A stretch of DNA of 64,000 nt. Source: Epiperipatus broadwayi. Lineage: Eukaryota; Animalia; Onychophora. A model generated the notes under the pieces. That model was not told the origin of the DNA. It did not search any database and worked only from the letters and a program-made list of their open reading frames with translations. The position numbers and the translations under genes are program-made. The stretch spans positions 11,966,001-12,030,000 of the forward strand of contig JAQFVV010000003.1 of NCBI GenBank assembly GCA_028023455.1. The letters are read 5' to 3'. Position 1 is the first letter of the stretch. Every line of letters begins with the position of its first letter. This document shows positions 61,939 through 64,000 of the stretch, one piece after another.

Positions 61939-64000
61939 ATCATCATCATCATTATCAACCATTATCAATCCACTGCAGGATGAAGGTCTCTCCAAGTTTA
62001 ATCCATCTTCTCCGATCTTTAGTTTCTCTTCTCCACATCACCCCTACACATTTTCTTATTTCATCCATCCATCTTACATGTGGTCTCCTTCTGGGTCTTT
62101 TACAATCTCTTGGAATCCAATTTAAAATTTCAATTGTCCATCTATTATCATCTCTTCTAGCAATATGTCCAGCCCAACTCCACTTCAATCTTTTAATTTT
62201 TTCAATGAGGTCAGTAACACCTGTTTGTTCTCTTACCCATACATTGAGTTTTCGATCTCTTCTTGTTACTCCCAACATACATCTCTCCATACTTCTTTGA
62301 GTGGTCTGAAGTCTCTGTATTGATCTTTTATTAAGTGTCCAAGTCTCAGATCCATAAGTAAGAACTGGTAAAACACATTTGTTAAAAACCTTTCTTTTCA
62401 AACACATAGGCATATTTCCTTTTAATATCAAGTTATTTCTACCAAAGGCACTCCAACCAAGTTTAATTCTATGATTAATTTCCTCTATTATGTTTCCATC
62501 TGTATTAATAATCTGACCAAGGTATTTGTAACTCTTAACTTCTTCTAATTCATCATAATCAATCTTTATTTTCATATTTTGAGCAAATCGATTAAACATT
62601 ACTTTAGTCTTTTTAACATTTATCTTTAGTCCTACTTTCCTACTTTCATCTGATAACTCCTGCAACATTTCCTGCAGCTTGGAAGCATTATTTGCAAAAA
62701 CAACTACATCATCTGCAAAATCTAAATGACTTAAATAATCTCCATTTACTTTCACTCCTTTAGTTTCCCATTTTAATCCACAAAATACTTCTTGCAGCAC
62801 TGCTGTAAAAAGTTTTGGAGATATGGAGTCACCTTGTCTTACACCTTTCTCAATGTTGACTTTCCCAGTATCATTATGTAATCTAATTATTGCTGTTGCA
62901 TTTTTATAAATATTCTTTAAAATATGACAATATCCTGGATCTATACTTTGATGATCCAATGCTTTAATCACTGAAGAAATGTTTATAGAATCAAATGCCT
63001 TTTCATAATCTACAAATCCAAAACATAATGACAACTCATATTCATTTGTCCTTTCTATAACTTCTCTCAATACTTGAATATGATCTACTGTACTAAAACC
63101 ACTTTTAAATCCAGCTTGTTCTCTTGGTTGGTGAAAATCCAAGGTTCTCTGTAGACGAGTTGTAATTATCTTGGTAAAAATTTTATATAAAACTGATAAA
63201 AGGCTGATAGGTCTGTAATTTCTAATATCTTCTTTATCACCTTTTTTAAATATTAATATTATTACTGCATTCTTCCAATCATCCGGTACATCTTTATCAT
63301 TTAGACATTTGGTATATAACTTTGCTAATATTTTTTCTGTTTCTTCACCTGCTTCTTTTACTATATCATTTATAATTCCATCATTACCTGGAGCCTTTCC
63401 TCTTTTCATACATTTAATTGCATTTCTCACTTCTTCATTTAAAATTCTGGGCAATTCGGAAGATGTAATAGATATAGGAGGTACTTGTTCTTTATTACTA
63501 TATAATTCTTGATAAAAATCTTCTACCAATTTCATAATGTCATCCCTCTTTTTAGTAATAATTCCATCTTTTTTCCTTATTGCAGATATAAATTTCCTAC
63601 CAATACCAAAATGTTGTTTTACATTCTTAAGACTTTTATTTTCTTCTACAGCTTTTCTTGCTAGTTCACAGTTATACTTTCTTATATCATTTTCAACTCT
63701 TTTCCACACCATTTTACAAAATTTGAGATATTCAATTCTTTTTAATGCATCATTCTTGCATATCTTCATATTCCTTCTTTTCTTCATAAGTTCTCTAGTC
63801 TCAGTAGAAATTTTATTAGTCAATTGCTGCTTTTTTCTACCAGCTATCTTTGTTGCAGTTTTTAAAAGTGTATCAGTTATTTTCATATTAATTTCATTCA
63901 AATCTGAATCATGTTCAAAATCTACTAATACTTGAAACCGATTTGTAAGTTCTAATTTAAATTCATTAGAATGTTTCTGAAGATTAGGAATATCAACTGT
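61939..64000 (-). mobile_element. RTE-clade LINE, 3' part (continues beyond the window)
   Basis: Uninterrupted RT ORF with a stop at 61955 followed by a short (GAT)n-type tail, typical of RTE elements. Confidence 0.93.
61955..64000 (-). CDS. RTE-type non-LTR retrotransposon reverse transcriptase (partial, at least 681 codons, open to the window edge)
   Basis: KAPGNDG, NYRPISLLS, EQAGF, FVDYEKAFDS, GVRQGDSISPKLF, LDFADD, YKYLG and WSWAGHIARR...RRPHVRWMD. The 33 codons upstream of the track's TTG start are also open (FKLELTNRFQVL). Confidence 0.95.
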   Translation of the reverse strand, partial: TVDIPNLQKHSNEFKLELTNRFQVLVDFEHDSDLNEINMKITDTLLKTATKIAGRKKQQLTNKISTETRELMKKRRNMKICKNDALKRIEYLKFCKMVWKRVENDIRKYNCELARKAVEENKSLKNVKQHFGIGRKFISAIRKKDGIITKKRDDIMKLVEDFYQELYSNKEQVPPISITSSELPRILNEEVRNAIKCMKRGKAPGNDGIINDIVKEAGEETEKILAKLYTKCLNDKDVPDDWKNAVIILIFKKGDKEDIRNYRPISLLSVLYKIFTKIITTRLQRTLDFHQPREQAGFKSGFSTVDHIQVLREVIERTNEYELSLCFGFVDYEKAFDSINISSVIKALDHQSIDPGYCHILKNIYKNATAIIRLHNDTGKVNIEKGVRQGDSISPKLFTAVLQEVFCGLKWETKGVKVNGDYLSHLDFADDVVVFANNASKLQEMLQELSDESRKVGLKINVKKTKVMFNRFAQNMKIKIDYDELEEVKSYKYLGQIINTDGNIIEEINHRIKLGWSAFGRNNLILKGNMPMCLKRKVFNKCVLPVLTYGSETWTLNKRSIQRLQTTQRSMERCMLGVTRRDRKLNVWVREQTGVTDLIEKIKRLKWSWAGHIARRDDNRWTIEILNWIPRDCKRPRRRPHVRWMDEIRKCVGVMWRRETKDRRRWIKLGETFILQWIDNG

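Noticed and set aside
61898-63935. Plus-strand ORFs 61898-62125, 61980-62300, 63309-63512 and 63537-63935
   Set aside because: Antisense shadows of the RTE RT ORF.

Overview
AT-rich eukaryotic DNA, probably from an invertebrate animal (the taxon cannot be determined from this window). Most of the window is layered transposable elements; no host gene can be assigned with confidence and no prokaryotic features are evident. It contains four LTR-retrotransposon structures with paired LTRs (13963-17493; 23624-38048, with 26935-36001 nested inside it; 49092-61463) plus isolated gag fossils. It also holds two Merlin (ISXO2/IS1595-like) DNA transposons, a hAT-like non-autonomous element, several MITE/fold-back elements, two copies of a tRNA-derived SINE and a Penelope 3' fragment. 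The one long uninterrupted ORF is an RTE-clade LINE reverse transcriptase running off the right edge. The most interesting signal is an apparently non-coding ~420-450 bp monomer carrying a minimal type I hammerhead ribozyme. It is inserted twice (1956-3190 and ~58590-59795), each time as a ~1.2 kb head-to-head fold-back array, and the two insertions share breakpoints. This looks like a retrozyme or non-autonomous Penelope-type RNA family. A TE-poor, CpG-retaining domain (~41.5-48.3 kb) has splice-like signals and may be host gene or regulatory DNA. Coordinates were read by eye (+/- a few bp), and no alignments or database searches were run.
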